Origin: an uncultured beta proteobacterium
Lineage (GTDB): Bacteria > Pseudomonadota > Gammaproteobacteria > Burkholderiales > SG8-39
Assembly: GCA_963699535.1 (NCBI GenBank)
Contig: CAVOUJ010000031.1
Location: 51,086-115,085, forward strand
Direction of reading: 5' to 3'
DNA length: 64,000 nt
Below, one piece after another: positions 60,867 through 64,000 of the stretch (its first letter is position 1; each line of letters begins with the position of its first letter). The translations under genes and the position numbers were made by a program. Under the pieces are notes generated by a model. That model searched no databases. It was not told the DNA's origin and was given only the letters and a program-made list of their open reading frames with translations.

Positions 60867-62829
60867 CTAGCTCGCCGGCTGGGCCTGCAGTCCGCCCTTG
60901 GGCGGCGCGACGTGGCGGTGGCGCCAGACGCCGACGATTATCGCGGCCAGCACGAACGCGGCTGTAGCGGCCGAAACGTTATCGTCGGGGTAGAACAGCG
61001 CAACGAAGGCCACGATTAGAAGCAACGCTCGCAGCAGGATGTCTCCGGCCGGATTCTCAACGAGCCGCCCGAACATTGCGAGGGCAGTCCCGCACGTGCC
61101 GATCGTCACGACCAGCGTACTGAAGACTTGCGTCCAGCCGGGGTGTACCACCATTTCGGCTCGCGAGAATATGGCGAAGGTCATGAGCGTGATCGGCAGG
61201 CAGATCTTCAACGCGACCCACATGGTCTGCATGAAGGAGGCCTGGGCGATGCGCGCGGAGATCGCGGCCGTGAGCGAAGTCGGCGGCGACAGCTCGCCCC
61301 AGACCGACATCAGGAAGACGAAGAAGTGCGCGACCCAGGGATTGACGCCGAGCTTGGTCAGGGGAGCCACGATGACGACCGCGCCGATGATGTAGGTCGC
61401 CGTCGGCGGCAGGCCCATGCCGACCAGCCAAGCCGAAAACGAAGGACATGAGAATCAGGGCGATGATGTTCCAGGAGCCGAGGTCGAGCAGCATGCCCCC
61501 CATGCGGTTGATGAAGCCGGTCACGGTGAAGAGCCCGATCATGATGCCGAGGGTCGCGAGCAGGAGCGTCAGATAGGACGTCATGTCCGCGTGGGTCTCG
61601 ATGGAGAGGCGCACGTTGCCGAGGAAAGTCTCCTGCGCGGCCGCCGGATCCTTCAGCACGTGCTTGAAGTACAGGAAGTTGAGGAGCAGGAGAACGAACA
61701 TGAAGGCCGCGGTATAGAGCGCCGCGAGCAACTCCCCCATGCCGATCCAGCCCATCATCGCCATGAGAAACAGGACTCCGAGGAAGAAAATCGAGGTCTT
61801 GACCTGGTTGTAGGCCGACACCTTGGGCGCCTCGATCGATTCGCGCGGCATCAGGCGCACGGCGAGAAGGTAGACGGCCAGGGCGAGCGACACGTAGTAG
61901 ACGAACGCGAGGGCGAACCCGCGGACCACCACGTCCCAGTAGGGCACGCCGAGGAACTCCGACATCAGGAACGCGCCGACACCCATCATGGGCGGCATGA
62001 TCAGGCCGCCCATCGAAGCCGCGGTCTCGACCGCGGCGGCGAAGGTTCCCGGCACGCCGTAGCGCTTCATCAGCGGAATGGTGATGGTGCCGACCACGAC
62101 CGCATTGGCCGAGCCGCTGCCGCTCACCATGCCGATCGCCATCGACCCCATTACCGCCGCTTGCGGCACCATTTGCCGCGAGCGGCCGGCCAGCCGCTGC
62201 ATGAAATGGATCATCGCGCTCTGCGCGCCGAACCCGTTCCCGATGGAAGCAAGCAGCAGGAAGGCCGAGATCAGGGTCAGTGCGATCTGGCCGTAGAGCC
62301 CGTAGATCCCGTTCGACATCTCGACCGTGCTGGAAGTGACCACGCGATAGAAACTCGTGCCCGGATGCCAGAAGAAGTCGATCGGGCTCAGGTAGCCGAA
62401 CAGCGTGTAGAGCACGAGCACGATATTGACCCAGAACAGAGTGGGATGGGCCAGCCGCGACAGTTCCATCACCAGCAGGAACATGAGCAGGCCGACGACG
62501 AAATCCTGCTTCGTATAGGAGCCCTGCCGCCAGATCGCGATGTCTTCGTACTGATAGAGGAAGTAGACAAAGGCGTAGACGCAGATGGCGATGTAGAACA
62601 CCACCAGTGCGTGGTTTGCGATCCTGGGCAGCCACCGGTAGAGAAGATCCTTCTGGTACATGAAGAGGATCTGCAGGACCAGCGCGATCGGCAGCAACCG
62701 GGACACCAGTTCCTGCGCGCCGCCGTAGCCGGTGTAGCAGTACCACACCACCCAGACGAACAGGACGAGCGAGAAGCCGAAGGTCAGATTCTTGAGGTTG
62801 GCGTGAGTCTTGAGCCAGTCACTCGACAC
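60867..62829 (-). pseudogene. TAXI-type TRAP transporter fused permease, frameshifted near 61420-61430
   Basis: 590-aa hydrophobic ORF. It continues in frame 60867-61418 (..GMGLPPTATYIIGAVVIVAPLTKLGVNPWVAHFFVF..). Confidence 0.85.
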
Positions 62830-62982
62830 GGTTGTCCCTCCTGGGGCGGAAGCGCTCGGATTGCGACGCTCAGCGGCCGGCTGAGCGGTCCGCCCGACCC
62901 TGTCTTGAAAAACCCGCGAGCGCGCGGGACGGGAGCCGCAAGGTCTCGAGGCTCCCGTTTCTCCGATGACTCGCTCAGTCGC

Positions 62983-64000
62983 CTATTTCGCGATCTTCCA
63001 CTTGTTGTTCCAGGCTTTTTGCTCTTTCAGGAACTTGGCGAGGCCCGCGTGCACGGGAATATCCGGATTGGCGTTGATCCCCTGCACCTGCATGCCGACG
63101 AAGTCCTTGGCCATCGGCGTGAATCCCGGATCGGCCTGCGCGAGCTGTGTCCTTGTTCTTGTAGAAGGCACTCACCATCTTGTAGACGACATCCTCAGGC
63201 ATGTCCGGGCGTACGTTGTAGGCGAACAGGATCGGCACGCCGTGGATCTGCGTGACCCCGACGTCCTTGCTGAAGGCATCCTTCGGATTCACGTCCACGA
63301 CCGCGAGGCCGGCCGCCTTCAGCTTGGCGACCTCTTCGGGGCAGGGGTTGATCACCTTCACGTCCATGCGCACCTCGGTCTCCTTCCAGTAGGGCGCAAG
63401 CGAGCGGCCGGCGGTCGTGTACGCGACCGAGCCGGCGATCGTGCCGGCCTGCAAGGCGTCGGTCTGGCTCTTGGCGTCGATCTGGACGTGCTTGAACTGG
63501 TAGCCGAGCGTCTTGTAGATGCGCTGGAAGTTCAGCCAGTTCATGAAACCGGCTGTCGTGTAGAACACCGGCTTGCCGCTGAAGTCGCCCCAGCACCTGT
63601 ACTTGCCGGCGTCCTTGGCCGCGACGGCCATGAAGGATTCCATCGGATAGGCGTACCAGGCATGCACCAGCTTCGCCTTGGCGGGCGTGTAGTCCTTGAA
63701 TCCCCCTTCGCCGGCATAGAGCTGCGTCATGCCGACGTCGGCCGTGTAGCCGATCTCGCCGGTGCCGTCCATCGCCGCTTTCATGGCGCCGGTGGTCGAC
63801 GGGTAGGGGTTGACGGTGACGGTGTATTGGCCGCCGAGCGCGTCTTCGACGATCTTCACCATCGAGGCGGCGACCTTGTATCCGTAGGAATCCACGCTGG
63901 ACGTGGCCCAGCGGATCGACTTGCGCTCCTGCGCGGAGGCCGTTCCGATCGCCATGACCGCGAACAAGGCGGTAAGGGCCGCCGCGGATACCGACAGGCT
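62983..64000 (-). pseudogene. TAXI-family TRAP transporter solute-binding protein, frameshifted near 63160; 5' end outside the window
   Basis: ..SIRWATSSVDSYGYKVAASMVKI..PYPSTTGAMKA.. lies in one frame and the tail ..LAQADPGFTPMAKDFVG..HAGLAKFLKEQKAW.. in another. The signal peptide runs off the window edge. Confidence 0.85.

Overview
High-GC window, roughly two-thirds G+C by eye. Gene content and synteny are typical of a betaproteobacterial core chromosome. I found no rRNA, tRNA, CRISPR array, IS element or integrase. Gene order: a partial PsiE-like gene, then pssA and a compact lipid-related cluster (DUF962/Mpo1-like, TM-anchored class-III aminotransferase, PSD-family decarboxylase, unknown membrane protein). 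Next is a TatT-associated TRAP transporter and a broken GT4 glycosyltransferase. A long minus-strand run follows: ubiE, Tim44-like, ubiJ, ubiB, potABCD, pstSCAB, phoU, phoB. Then DUF971, a PilZ-like gene, HIT, a membrane protein, thrB, DUF2782 and polA. After an orphan Bug/TctC and a DUF4197 gene comes lipA, lipB, ybeD, dat, a DD-carboxypeptidase, rlpA, rodA, mrdA and mreDCB, with gatCAB divergent from mreB. A BrnT/BrnA toxin-antitoxin pair sits in the only visibly lower-GC patch. The rest is enoyl-CoA hydratase, SDR, DUF4124, pyrE, xth, ampG, a signal-peptide SAM methyltransferase, a CrtI-like oxidoreductase, metW, metX, an incomplete PTS (EI, HPr, EIIA-Man), gshB and a TAXI-type TRAP transporter. 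Main caveat: about 22 genes, many of them essential, are broken by 40 or more single-base frame disruptions. Most of those I resolved by eye are +1 G/C in short G/C runs. This looks like assembly indel error rather than biology, so those genes are listed as full-span pseudogenes. Items most worth follow-up: (1) the lipid cluster at 1.3-5.4 kb, flanked by 11-bp-phased Pho-box-like repeats; (2) a 141-nt hairpin repeat present twice, with compensatory changes in its terminal stem; (3) a structured leader upstream of metX with mutually exclusive hairpins; (4) the mosaic, decayed 3' end of gatB next to brnTA. I see no clear-cut novel multi-gene defence or mobile system.
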